DNA of 64,000 bases, taken from NCBI RefSeq assembly GCF_018350175.1, contig NC_058368.1, positions 218,552,001 to 218,616,000 of the forward strand, read 5' to 3'. This DNA is from Felis catus. Its lineage: Eukaryota. Positions within the stretch are counted from its first letter, which is position 1, and each line of letters starts with the position of its first letter. The position numbers were made by a program, and so were the translations under genes. A model generated the notes under the pieces. The model ran no database searches, was not told the origin of the DNA, and saw nothing but the letters and a program-made list of their open reading frames with translations. Of the stretch, positions 25,634-38,280 are shown piece after piece.

Positions 25634-25989
25634 AAAGGAGAATTTCTATGCCTTTCAAGAGCTATAGGAACATAATCTCAGCTAAGAGTGTTATGAAGTG
25701 ACCCGAACCACCATCATGCCCTGCTCTAGCACAGCAAGGGTAAATGGCAAGCCATAATTAATTCGGTCTGTTTCAAGCCCATCTTACAGTGGATCCAATG
25801 AATATACAGACACACCATGAGATCACTACCTTGGTTTTTGAGTTCATTATTATGATGAATATTCTTAGAATCTGGAAGAACCTTCACATTGCTTTTATAA
25901 TATTTGTTGAAAGAAAATGACAAAAAGGCAAATTCAAAGCCCTTTGAACTATTTGTCTCTACCGAGATAGTTGGTATTGCATAAATCAA

Positions 25990-27020
25990 TAAATTGTTCC
26001 TTTTTTACCCCTAAATAGTCCATTATATAGATACAATACAAATTATATATTCATTTATCTGTGGAAAGACATCTTGGAGGCTTCCATTTCTTAGTGATTA
26101 TAAATGAACAAAGTTTCTATAAGCATGAACATACAGGTTTTTGTACAAAAGTAAGTTTTCACTTAACTATCTAGGAGCATGACTGCTATACTGTGTGGTA
26201 AAGCTATGTTTAACTTTATAATTAGCTGCCAAATGAGCCTTCCAAAGTGACTATACAATTTTTAATTCCAACCAGTCATGAATAAAACTTGCCAATATTT
26301 TATATTGTCAATCTTTTTGGATTTTGGAACCATTCTATAGAGCATAAAGATATTTCATTATTGTTTAAATTTGTATCTGCCTAGTGACAAAAGATGTTGA
26401 CAATATTTACATATACATATTTTCCATGTATCTATCATCTTTGATGAAGTGTTTATTGATATCATTTATCTGTTTTTGTACTGGGTGGCTGATTTTCTTG
26501 TTATTGGCTTTTAAGTGTTCTTTATATATCCAGGAAAAATGTCCTTAATCAATAGCAATTTGTAAGTATTTTCTTTCCATTCATGGCTTGTACATTGTCT
26601 TATGAGAATGTTAATAAAGTACAATTTATCAGTTTCTAATATACTGTACTTTTGTGATATATTTAAAAGTTCATCATCAAACCCAAGGTCAAAGCAATGT
26701 CTTTTTTTATTTCTATAAGTTTTATACTTCTACATTTTATATATTTTTAAACTTTTTTTTTGAAGCTTATTCATTTTTGAGAGAGAGAGAGACAGAGTGT
26801 GAGCAGGAGAAGGGCAGAGAGACAGGGAGACACAGAATCTGAAGCAGGCTTCAGGCTCTAAGCCGTCAACACAGAGCCTGACACAGGGCTTGAATTCAAT
26901 GAACCATGAGATCATGACCTGAGCTGAAGTTGGATGCTTAACTGACTGAGCTACCCAGGTGCCCCTATAGTTTTACATCTTATATTTGGGTCTATGATCC
27001 ATTATGAATTCACTTTTTAT
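25990..27020 (-). mobile_element. L1 3' region fragment, interrupted by a SINE
   Basis: Antisense L1 motifs (AAGACATCTTGG, TTCCAAAGTGACT, GATGTTGA, GGTCTATGATCCATT). Confidence 0.8.
26745..26965 (-). mobile_element. Can-SINE
   Basis: TTTTTGAGAGAGAGAGAGACAGAGTGTGAGC...CCCAGGTGCCCC. Confidence 0.95.
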
Positions 27021-27279
27021 GTAACTTACAGCAACCATAAGTGCCTGATAGAACCTATCAGAGACTCACTGGAAGAAGTGACATTTACCTTAACTCTACG
27101 ATTAATTCAAAAGAATTTATTTTTAGTAATTGTATAACCAGGATTAATATTGATCTAACTCTTAAGGAAATGAAGCACCATGAATGGGAAAAGGAATAAA
27201 ATATGAGGCTTATCGGGATTAATTTTTTTTTTAGTGCCAGCTTGAAATTATAGCCAGGAAAGATGATTCACTAAAAAAC

Positions 27280-27350
27280 AAAGACAAAAAAAAAAACAAA
27301 AACAAAAACAAAAACAAAAACAAAAACAAAAACAAAAACAAAAAAAAACA
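27280..27350. repeat. (AAAAAC)n microsatellite
   Basis: Direct reading. Confidence 0.95.
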
Positions 27351-27379
27351 GAAAGAAGAACCTAGATTAAAATAGGACC

Positions 27380-27780
27380 TAAAAATGAAATATAAAATAA
27401 GCAAACTAAAAAATATGATTTTAACAGCAAATCAAATTCAACTAACAGAAAATATAAACATTAAATGTTGTCAGATCACAGTGTGTTAGAACATAAAAAT
27501 ATAAAATACAGAAAACTGACTAAGAGGTATAGAGGATAGAACAAGGGTTTAACAGATATTTAATTGGAACTCTAAGAGGCAGGTCAAAGGTGAAATTTAG
27601 AGAGCAATACCTGAGGATTTTCCAGAATTGATGAAAGACACAAACTTGTAATTCCAAGAAGCCAGAAAATCCAAAGCATAAGAAATACTAGTAAATTAAT
27701 TCCTAGATACATCATAATAAATCTCCAGAATACAATAGCTAGTGGAAGGAAAACAGGTGGAGTTGGGAAGATTGATTACT
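27380..27780 (+). mobile_element. old L1 ORF1 fragment
   Basis: TAATTGGAACTCT...TTTTCCAGAATTGATGAAAGACAC...CCTAGATACATCATAATAAA. Confidence 0.6.
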
Positions 27781-27939
27781 TTTTGTAAGAAGAAGAATTT
27801 AGTTGAATATTACCCCATTATCTCATAGTTTTAACTTACTTTTCATGGTCTTCCTTTTTTTACTTTTCTTTTTCCTTCCTTCCTTGTTCCCTCCTTCTTC
27901 CTCCCTCCCTCCCTTCCTTCTTTCCTTCCTTTTATTCTT

Positions 27940-28690
27940 GGATCAGTCAAGAGAAGTAAAACTCTTATTTTCACTGTCCAAACACCAAGCAATATACTGG
28001 GAAAACCAGCGGAAGTCCTCACCATAGCCTTGCCTCTGGAGCACATTGTGCATGAATACTTTCATGAAGTGGACATTCAGCTCCTTCAGGGTCACATTCC
28101 CATTTCCTATGGACTTTCCATAAAGCCTAACTATCTCATGGAGTTTTTCCTCATTGATTTCATCTGCTCTGTCATTTTTGTTACCCAAGATAAGGATAGG
28201 CATATTGGATATTGTTTCATCAGTTATTAAAGCCTTTAGCTCAGTTTTGGTTTCCATGAGGCAAGGACGATATGCAAAATCCAACAGAAAGGCAATCCCA
28301 TTAACCGCTGGCACATAATTTTTCCAATCCTGGTGTTCTTGCTTGTGCCCACCAGGATCAAAAGTTGTAAAAGTCATTCCAGCCATTGTCAGCTATTCTG
28401 ATGTTGGATCTAATGTTGAAACCTGTGGGCCGAATCAGTCATCACTGAGCATGCGGAGAAGAGTGGTTTTGCCTGTATTGTCCAAATCCAACAATACAAG
28501 TTTTCCAGATTCCTTGTAGAGTCCTAGGAACTGGAGCACACTGCTGAAGCCATTGTAGATCCACTCAGAGTTCAAAGACATCATTAATACTTAACTATGA
28601 CCAAGGGGTTCCTCTGGTGGCAGTGGGGGGGGGAGGGGTTCAACCCTCCTACACAACACACAACCCAGCAGCACCAGGACCACCAGCTGC
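27940..28690 (-). pseudogene. SAR1A: processed pseudogene of SAR1A (COPII coat small GTPase)
   Basis: From ATG at 28581: [77 protein letters not shown]...GNKND...[14 protein letters not shown]. Intronless, 198 codons collinear with SAR1A ([20 protein letters not shown] favour SAR1A over SAR1B). Stops at 28437-28435 and 28395-28393; native stop is TGG at 27987-27985; UTR-like flanks and purine-rich tail. Confidence 0.97.
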
Positions 28691-30289
28691 TTCTCTTTTC
28701 TTATTTCTAACCATGTCCTTTCTCTTGACAGCTATGAGAACAGATAATCTAAGATCACATTCACTCAGTTTGAAACGTATTTTCCTCTGTTTGGTGTCAC
28801 TCAATTAAGGTTTTAACCTTAATTTTGATTCATTAACTGCACCTTCTCAGAGATCTTGCTTATACACTAACTGAAACATGGCTGTCCTCTATGATACAGT
28901 TTTCTACAGAATTGATTTTTAACACAAGGAGACATAATTTTTGTAAGTGTTGACTAACTTTGAGTTCCCTTCATCTGTTTTAGGAATAAGAGTGAATAAA
29001 CTACTTGAATGTTTGCTTAAAACATTCGTCATTTTATATAAAAAATATAAATGAGAATTACTAACATAGACTTATGAAATTAATTTTAATGCAACATACA
29101 TTTTCTACAAAAATCTGTCATAGGACTAAGGTTCTACATGTGTTCAAATATGGAAAGACTTAGGATTACTCCCTCAGGTGATGTCTCCCTCTGTGAATCC
29201 TATGTAGGATTTTCCTCTTTCTTTGCTAAAGATCTGTTTACCCAGGTCTCTTTTTGCTGCTTAAAAATAACTGATAAAAAGGCAGAGATATGCACATTTG
29301 CTGCTGTTGACACTTTCATGTGTATCTCATTCTAATTTCCTGCCACCAACTCCCAAACTGATCTATATCTTGGCAATTTTCTGACACAATCTGCTCTAAG
29401 TACCGTCTACAGTTTTAAAGATAAAGTCATTATTTTTACATCCAAATAACAGCAACAAATGACCTTTACACTTTTACTAAAACAATGTCTGATGATTACT
29501 GATAAGTTTCAGTCAACACTACAGCAAACAACCCTGATTCATGCTATAAAAATAGTAAAATTCATCCAAAGATTTGAACATGTTCCTTTTGCCCCTTTTC
29601 CCTCCCCATTCCAGAGACACTTCAGCTTCATTGCTAGACTGGCTGCTCTGTTCATGCCATCAATTAAGGCGAAGCACAGGAACATGCACATTATTGTTTA
29701 CTATACCACCTGAAACAGGAATACAGTAGCCCAGAATGTTAGGAAACATATTTCAGGACTTCTTTCAGCCATCTCACTCCACCCAAACAATAATCCTTTC
29801 CTCCTGTTTCTGAGGGCCAGGGAGCAGTTGCCCTTTTAGATCTGGAGGGGACTTGAGTAGCATAAGATATATTAGATTTCAAGTTTGGTTTATTGGCTTC
29901 TTTTTTCCTGTTGTCAGTATTCCACTTATGCTGTTTCCTATTGTGCACCCTTTTTCCCTCCTCACCAAAGGGCTGACCCCAGAAGACAGAAAAGAGAAGA
30001 CTTTGTTGTAGCTAATTAGAGAGGGAAGATTTCTGGGAAACTGGATAGCAGCATCACAGTAACTCTTAAAGATCTTTATATTTAACAAATATTTACAAAA
30101 CACTTTAGAATGTGCAGGGCTCTGCACTAAGTTCAATTTTTTTTTCTTCTTGAGAATATTTCCAACAGCTTGAGGTACTTACATTAAATATGAATCTTAT
30201 TCAAAAATCCTAGAAAGCTACGTTTTGGGCCAGTAAAAGGCTGATATTTGATATTTAATACACTAAATGATTTCTTCTTTATTGTCTTA

Positions 30290-30435
30290 CTTATATAAGA
30301 TATATATATATGTATATTTAATATATCTTATATATATTTACATATATCTTATTTATCTATATTATATGTTATCTTATATATATTATCATATATATACATA
30401 TATATATTTATAGCACACACACACACACATATACA
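30290..30435. repeat. TA-rich low-complexity tract with (CA)n
   Basis: Direct reading. Confidence 0.9.
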
Positions 30436-31072
30436 CTATGAAACAACTTACAGCACACACACATACAACACATTCCTGTATATGCTCACTATACTCAATT
30501 TTCAATGTCTTTACTTGCAGTTCTAATTTACAAAGCTAACTTAACTCAAATCATCAATTCAAAAATGTTTTAGTGTTCAGGAATGGCATGTAAATTTCAG
30601 GGGTTTCTCTCTTTTTATATAAAAGAGAACAAAATTCAATTATGTTTTAGGGAGTTGTTTGTTTTCTCGTTGGTTTCAATAACTAAAGGAAGTAAGTAGT
30701 TTGGAATTGAAAAAAATGGGAAATAAATTTTATTTATTAGAAATTTGTAAATTTTATCAGCTTCTAAAATCAAACTACCATGTATATTATTAGATTTTAA
30801 CTCTATAATAACCTAGTTTTTACAGAATAAACTCTGTAAGACAACACAGTAAGTTGAGACTCGTGTGGTCTTTCTGATACTATACACACACATACACGCA
30901 CACACACAAAACCAATGCACCTACAAAGTACAAAGGTATTATAACTAAATTACATAAATTGAAGTGTTATAACCTGGTTTTGATATGTGATTATAACCCA
31001 GTGTTACATAATCACTATTCTATTCTCTTTTATGTAATTTTATGGATTTATGTAATGATTTGGGGAGAGGGG

Positions 31073-31170
31073 TTATTATGGGCTGAATTGCATCCCCCCA
31101 AAATGTATATGCTGTAATCTTAATCCCTAGTACCTTATAAGATGACTGTATTTGGAGATAGGGTATTCAG
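31073..31170 (+). mobile_element. MLT1B-like LTR 5' fragment
   Basis: TTATGGGCTGAATTG...CCCCCAAAAT...GACTGTATTTGGAGATAGGG. Confidence 0.8.
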
Positions 31171-31585
31171 TTAAGTTACAATTCTGGCACTTCAACAAGC
31201 TGACAAAGTGAGAATTTTCTTGGCAGCAATTGATTTCTATTTCCCAAGATGTTCACTGAGGATGTGCTTATTTTAAAGCAATATTAAAGGTCTTGTGCTT
31301 TCATATGTTATGTTTGAATGCTAACTTTGTTAATATCTTATGTGTAGATATAAAATAAATAAATCATATTTATCATGTATGGGAATTCAATGATTAGCTA
31401 GGTTCACTGGCAGAGTTTTAAATAGTTCTTATCTATTTTCCAGAAGACACTTAATTTTTAAACTATTTTTAAAGTTTTTGTTCAAACAATCTAACCATAT
31501 TTAACTTACTGTAAATACATCAATGCTTTATGTCACAGTTATAAAATTTTTTATTTGATTGCGTGTATATAATACCTATACTTTT

Positions 31586-31815
31586 GGGGTGCCTGGGTAG
31601 CTCAGTCGGTTAAGAGTCAGACTTTGGCTCAGGTCATGATCTTATGGTTCCTGGGTTTGAGCCCTGTGCTTGGCTCTGTGCTGACAGCTCAGAGCCTGGA
31701 GCTTGCTTTGGATTCTGTGTCTCCCTCTCTCTTTGTCCCTCCCCTGATCATGCTCTCTCTTTCTCTCTCTCAAAAATAAATGAACATTAAAAAATCAAAA
31801 ACAACAACAACAACA
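31586..31815 (+). mobile_element. Can-SINE
   Basis: Perfect 16-bp TSD ATAATACCTATACTTT (31569-31584 / 31816-31831); (CAA)n tail. Confidence 0.97.
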
Positions 31816-33143
31816 ATAATACCTATACTTTCAAGTTTGCTGAGGGAAAAACGAGGTTGCTAAAGTCAAAATACCTATAAATAAGGTGGTAATGTATTCA
31901 TCGAAAGCAGACCAATCAGTAGACATAAAGAGCATAGGGGATCATGGAAAAATGGAATTTGATCAACATACATGGAGGCATTTAGAGACACATTTTTTGG
32001 ACATAGTTGGTCAAAATAAAAGATGTCTGAAGTCTAAATAAGGCTCAATGGTAATATATTTAGTGTCTTCACATAAATTAAGTATTCACTATCCCCTATA
32101 TTTTAAATATACAGAGAAATAAAATTTAAACTTGAAAGTCACTATTTCTGATTTTATTTCAATATGTTCCTGACATATCTTATTTTCAATATAATTAATA
32201 TAAGTTATTCACCTGGCAATACCTATATATCAGTAAATTATAAAATTAAATTAGGAATATATGCTACTCTATGGATGGTAAGATATAAAACATAAGGGAA
32301 GGGAATATTTACATGGTGAATTAAAATAGTAGAAATAGATAAGCTTTATAAGATTTTTAGTTCAGATAACACCAACTCTTCATATTATATATGTATTTCC
32401 TTTAATCCATAAACTAGACGTAGAATGTAAACCATTATTGTATTGACTACATATAATTTGTCTTAACTCATTATTCCTCATTTTATGTGATACAACCTAG
32501 CAGTAGCAAACATTTAACCTTCTAAATCGATAGTATTGTGCTGTCTAAAAGTAGTAATAGGTATTCTCCTCTGGCTCATTAATCTGATGATACATTTTTA
32601 ATTTCATTCATTCCATTAATATAATGGAGGAATGAAGTTGGTTCTCTGCCTGCAAACAAAATGACATTTAACATTATGAAAAAATGTAAATAATATGATT
32701 CTGAAATATAACTGAGAAGGTCTCCAAAAGCATGACCTTTCTAGGTTTTACATATAAACAAATACCATGAGATTTTATTCTAAAGTAATCTTATATAAGA
32801 AAAACTCTGTACATATAATAATGATAAAATTAATAAATCCCACATTTTTTAAACTAAATGGCTGAATAACAGTTTAACTGGACTATTCTTTTTTTTCCCC
32901 CTAATCTCACCTTAAAGATCAGAGCTAACTCAGCTTAATGGTTCAATCTTTTAGGGACATATGCAATGACAAAGTAGTAATGGTAGGGACACAAAATTGC
33001 AGAAATCATATTTACAAAAATGATGTAGTGAACAGGATAATTTATTTACCAAAATTTATACCATTCTCAAATTTGTATATATGGAAAATAACAAAATAAT
33101 TCTTAGAGGACAAACTATTGCTATTTAAAATAAAAAGAATTTT

Positions 33144-33380
33144 GGGTTCATGGTGGCTCAGTTGGTTAAGTGTCTGACTTTGGCTCAGGTCATGATATCA
33201 TGGTTTGTAAGTTTGAGCCCTGTATCGGGCTCTCTGCTGTCAGTGCAGAGCCTGCTTCGGATCCTTGGTACCCCTGTCTCTCTTCCCTTCCCCCGCTCAC
33301 ACTGTCTTTCTCTCAAAAATAAATAAAATAAAATAAATAAAATAAAATAAAATAAAATAAAATAAAATAAAATAAAATAA
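33144..33380 (+). mobile_element. Can-SINE with (AAAAT)n tail
   Basis: GGTGGCTCAGTTGGTTAAGTGTCTGACTT head; TSD AAGAATTT. Confidence 0.95.
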
Positions 33381-33467
33381 GAATTTCCAGATACTAGCTA
33401 CAAAAATGTGGTGAAATGTTTTGATCAAATTTAGCTTGTAGTAGCAATTAATTATGTTACTTCTTTT

Positions 33468-33897
33468 AAAAAAATTAATGTTTTTTTTCATTTTTTAATG
33501 TTTATTTTTGAGAAAGACACACACAGAGTGCAAGAGGGGTAGAGAGAGAGGGAGACACGGAATCTGAAACAGGCTCCAGGCTCTGAGCTGTCAGCACACA
33601 GACCACTGTGGGGCTCGAACTCACAAACTGTGACATTGTGAACTGAAGCTGAAGTTGGACACTTAACCCACTGAGCCACCCAGGTGCCCCAATGATTTTT
33701 TCATTTTTGAGAACCAGAGAGAGAGACATAGAACAACTGCGTGAGGGGCAGAGAGAGAGGGAGACACAGAATCAGAAGCAGGCTCCAGGCTCTGAGCTGT
33801 CAAGCACAGAGCCGGACGCATGGCTCAAACTCACAAACTCTGAGATTGTGACTGGAGCCAAAGCTGGACACATCCTACTGAGCCACCCAGGTGCCCC
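33468..33897 (-). mobile_element. two nested Can-SINEs (inner ~33495-33690 in the tail of the outer, which ends at 33897)
   Basis: Inner flanked by AATG(T/A)TTTTTT..CATTTTT duplication; both end CCAGGTGCCCC. Confidence 0.92.
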
Positions 33898-35834
33898 TAC
33901 TTTTTCTTTTTATGTGAATATTTTACTGGGTTCAGTTGTTGACCTAAATACCAAAAAAAGTATAAAATGGAGGCATTCTATAGTAAGCATAATGCACCAC
34001 ATGTAATGTATATGACAAAAATCTATACACTTAGATGACTCTTTCTTTTATTGTCAGTTGAACACATTATTCTATTTTTTCCCATAATAATTTATTCTTC
34101 ATTTGTCATTGCAAATTGACGTTTCCAACAAAAATCTAATTATAGGATTAATGGAATGCACAATAAAATAATATCAAAAATGGCTTTACACTTCACAGGA
34201 ATTTAAGCATTGTTGTATTTAATGCACACTTCAAATCTGTAATGTCCTTAACTATGCCTTTCTTTTGCTTGGGATGAGGATGAAGCTTTCCGACATTGGG
34301 ATGCCTACATAATGCTAGATAGTTGGTGCAGATGCAACTCATCTTGATGAGTCATTTTGACTTCCTTGTAGACTCTCCTTATTCTTTAAAATTTCTTTCA
34401 ATGGTGGTACACCCACAAATCTTTCCTGTTGTTCCCCCCCCTTTTTACCCACAATCCTACATTAGTCCTGGGACATCCCCATCTATTTTAAATGACTCTA
34501 GTTACCATTTTAATGTGGAGATAGTTCCAACTTATATTTTAACCTAGATCCTCTCCTTAATATCTCTACATAGCAGTGATTATTATCGTATTACTGGTAC
34601 AGAAAAAGAAATATATATAAATACACATATATAGATAGATACAGTTGTGTATGTTTATTAGTTTTATAATTTAGATGTGTGTGTATCTATATACCTATGT
34701 GTGCCCATGAAGTACATACAAATACATATTTGCTCTCTGGCCTATGATCACTATTTCCTGAAACAACATGCTGAGAATGTCAAATCTATTATTTGTAACA
34801 ATTAATAGTCACATCACAGAAACAATAAAAAGATCAAAATCTTTGATAACTATCTGAGGGTGCAATTTTTTGTTTTTTTAATTAATCTTTCTCACTTGAT
34901 TGCATTTAACTTCCACATCTTCCATTATTAGACATCATGAGACAGTTCACAGTAACTCTATTTACAAACTATATAAAATCATAATAGAAGAAAATGAGTC
35001 ATGGAAATAAGTACACATTATTCAGGATGGTAATAACTATCAAAAATCATGCAAAATGCAGCATGAGTTTTCAATCTTCTGATTCTATACAAAGACACCT
35101 TTTTTTTTTTTTTGATGAAGTCATCCGTGAACAGCAATTTGCTGAAACAAGGCATAAAAATGTCGTGAGAATTCACATACCTACCAAAATTCCTCATAGT
35201 ACTTAGAATTAGGCTATGGGATAGTATCCCAAAGGGTGCAGAGAAGAAGCCTCATTGGTTTAGTCATTTAAAACTAGGTTGGACAAATCATGGGGGAATA
35301 TGACTGAGGAAATAATGCTCTACATTTCTTGAGGATGGGCACACTGATTTAATGGCTTTTTTTTTTCATTTTGAAATTCTATAATAATAAGAAGGTTTCA
35401 ACTCATTTTCATATTCAGTTTCTGTAGCTCTAGGGTTCACTATGTAAATTATATTTGTGGACAATTTTAAGGAAAGGGAATGTTTTGAAGCTTTGTTGAT
35501 AATTCTAAGAATACTGCCTATGTGTAGTACCCGTTTATTTCATGGATTACTGATAATACCTATATTCTCAAAGTTTTCATCATGTTAGCACAACATCACA
35601 AATTTGTGACATAAACTTGTGAAAGAAAGAGTCCATTCTGATATCAAAATGTCACATTTAGAGGTTTTTTTTTTTTAAATCTCACCTTTTGCAATGGAGA
35701 ACGATAGAATGCTGTGTAAAAGTATGCTTATGCTGAGTGAACCAGAATAATTAAGAAGTGCCTGAATTTATTAACTTTTTAATTGATTGATAGCTAGAGG
35801 AAGAAGCAGTCACAATCTAAAATATACCAAAATT

Positions 35835-36047
35835 GGGGCGCCTGGGTGGCTCAGTTGGTTAAGCGTCCGGCTTTAGCTCAGGTAATGATCTCAGTTTGTG
35901 GGCTAGAGCCCCTTGTTGGACTCTGTGCTGACAGCTCAGGGTCTGGACCCTGTTTCAGATTCTGTGTTTCCCTCTCTCTCTGTCCCTCCCCCACTCATGC
36001 TCTGTCTCTTTCTCTCTCAAAAATAAAGACATTAAAAAAAATTTTTT
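35835..36047 (+). mobile_element. Can-SINE
   Basis: GGGGCGCCTGGGTGGCTCAG head; TSD core TATACCAAAAT. Confidence 0.95.
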
Positions 36048-36094
36048 AAAGTATACCAAAATCTATAACTAGGGTGGAATCATGTTAGTATCCA

Positions 36095-36134
<40 letters not shown>
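36095..36134. repeat. (ATT)n microsatellite
   Basis: Direct reading. Confidence 0.95.
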
Positions 36135-36136
<2 letters not shown>

Positions 36137-36259
36137 GAACCAGGTGAGGGGATTTACTTAACTACTTAACTGGAAACAAGAACAGAAGAGGGTATGTTCT
36201 TCACAAAAAACAAATATATACTTAATCCAAATACACATAGAATCATGGTGTTAATATAT

Positions 36260-36486
36260 TTAAAAAAATATTTTAATGCTAATTTATTTTTGAAAAAGAG
36301 AGAGAGAGAGAGACAGAACATGAGAGGCCGAGGGGCAGAAAGAGAGGGAGACACAGAACATGAAGCAGGCTCCAGGCTCTGATCTGTCAGCACAGAGCCC
36401 GACACAGGGCTTGAACTCACAAACAGTGACATCATGACCTGAGCCAAATTTTGACGCTTAACAGACTGAGCCACCTGGGCGCCCCC
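36260..36486 (-). mobile_element. Can-SINE
   Basis: TSD CATGGTGT(T/C)AATA. Confidence 0.95.
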
Positions 36487-36911
36487 ATGGTGTCAATATT
36501 TTTGATGAAATTTTTCTAGTCTTTTTTCTCTAAGTGAAATATCATATAAATATACATGTCACATAAGTGTTTAATACTTTTAAGATATAAATAAAAAGAT
36601 ATAATAAAAGAAATAAATTTTCATTATTTTTTCAGTTAAAAATAGTATTTTCACACATTAGGAAAGCTACCAAGGCAATGAATTATAATGGAAATAATGA
36701 CGTTTTAACATCAGCTAGACCTGGCCTGAAACACTTCCTTTGATTCTAATTAGCTAAGAGAATGTAGTTGCTGGCAGAATTCTGGATTCTGGAAATACCA
36801 TGTGAGTTTTTTATGAAGAGACACAGCACATTTTCTGCTACATAGTTTTCTCTGCCTTTCTCATTCTCCTTCTCAGGCAAAGTGTGACAAGCTATCTTTT
36901 ATTCCCTAGAG

Positions 36912-37657
36912 TGATGAAGGAGTGTGGAGCAAGCTTTGGGCAAAATACAAGCTCGACCCTCCCCCCTCCCCCTGTCAGACCAGGTGGGATATGTGTGATA
37001 TGCCTCAGGTACTCCTGGATGCCCAAGGACAAAGGGAAGGAAAAAATAATTGTTAACTGATAGAGATCACAGTCATGCAGGAAATAGTCTCCATCAGTTT
37101 ACAAATGTCTTGGTAAATTACAAGAAAAAGGCAATCTTATCAATAGCTTAATCTCCAGAAGCCAATGGACTCTGTTTCCTGGAGCCCCAACTTCACTCCT
37201 CCATAATGATATAGGGAACAAAGGCATGAAGGAAATGACAGGTAAAATTAAATTTCCTTATAACCTGCAGCCCATTGACAACACTTGAAGAAAATACCAA
37301 GTATAACATTTCTCCAGGAACCCCTTACCGTCCTAAAGCCTTAGTAGAGGAAAAACCTTAGCTTGACAATAGCAAGGCCTCAGGTATCTTAGGAATCCTT
37401 TTTAGCAAATCAAAGTCCCTCTAGAGGCCTCCCTTTTGACTTTATCTCCCCCAATTTTATAGTATATAAGGAGCCACTCTTCACAAGCCCAGTGCAGCTC
37501 TTCCTGCCCAAGAGTCCTGTCCCCTCGCTTTAATAAAATCACCTTTTTGCACCAAAGACGTCTTCAAGAATTCTTTCTCTCCCTTTCTCTTCCTTCCTCC
37601 CTTCCTTCCTTCCTTCCTTCCTTCCTTCCTTCCTTCCTTCCTTCCTTCCTTCCTTCC

Positions 37658-37711
<54 letters not shown>

Positions 37712-37762
37712 TTATTGGCCATCAGCTTCAAACCACCCCACTATCACCCCAAAACTTCAGCA
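36912..37762 (+). mobile_element. solo ERV LTR (ERV1-like) with (CCTT)n(CT)n expansion in U5
   Basis: TGATGAAG...CTTCAGCA termini, TATATAA ~37464, AATAAA ~37532; ends shared with the minus-strand LTR at 40373-41500. Confidence 0.88.
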
Positions 37763-38057
37763 TCGAGGAAGGCTCTACTCATTTTGACTTTTTCTCAGAT
37801 TTATTAAGTGCACATATGTTATCGTTCCTTCTCTTGTCTTATCTATTTTCTTTATGGCACATAAAATTGTCTCCTATTAGAATTTAGGTCCCTTTGAATT
37901 CTCATGGAATTAACTCTACCTTATCATAGTGTTAAGTATTTTTTTCCAAATGAAATCAAGTTTTACAACTTGCCACATTCTAAAGTTTATGTAATATGAT
38001 ACTCTAATTCTTGTTTTAGAAAACATTTAATACTTTTAGCACCTGTGTTTGACTTTT

Positions 38058-38280
38058 TTTTTTAATTTTTTTTTCAACGTTTATTTATTTTTTTGGGGAC
38101 AGAGAGAGACAGAGCATGAACGGGGGAGGGGCAGAGAGAGACGGAGACACAGAATCAGAAACAGGCTCCAGGCTCTGAGCCATCAGCCCAGAGCCCGACA
38201 CGGGGCTCGAACTCACGGACCACGAGATTGTGACCTGGCTGAAGTCAGACGCTTAACCGACTGCGCCACCCAGGTGCCCC
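38058..38280 (-). mobile_element. young SINEC_Fc
   Basis: Perfect 17-bp TSD ACCTGTGTTTGACTTTT (38041-38057 / 38281-38297); CpG-rich. Confidence 0.97.

Noticed and set aside
27943..28581. Functional SAR1 gene
   Set aside because: Intronless, two in-frame stops, P-loop glycine lost and native stop lost.
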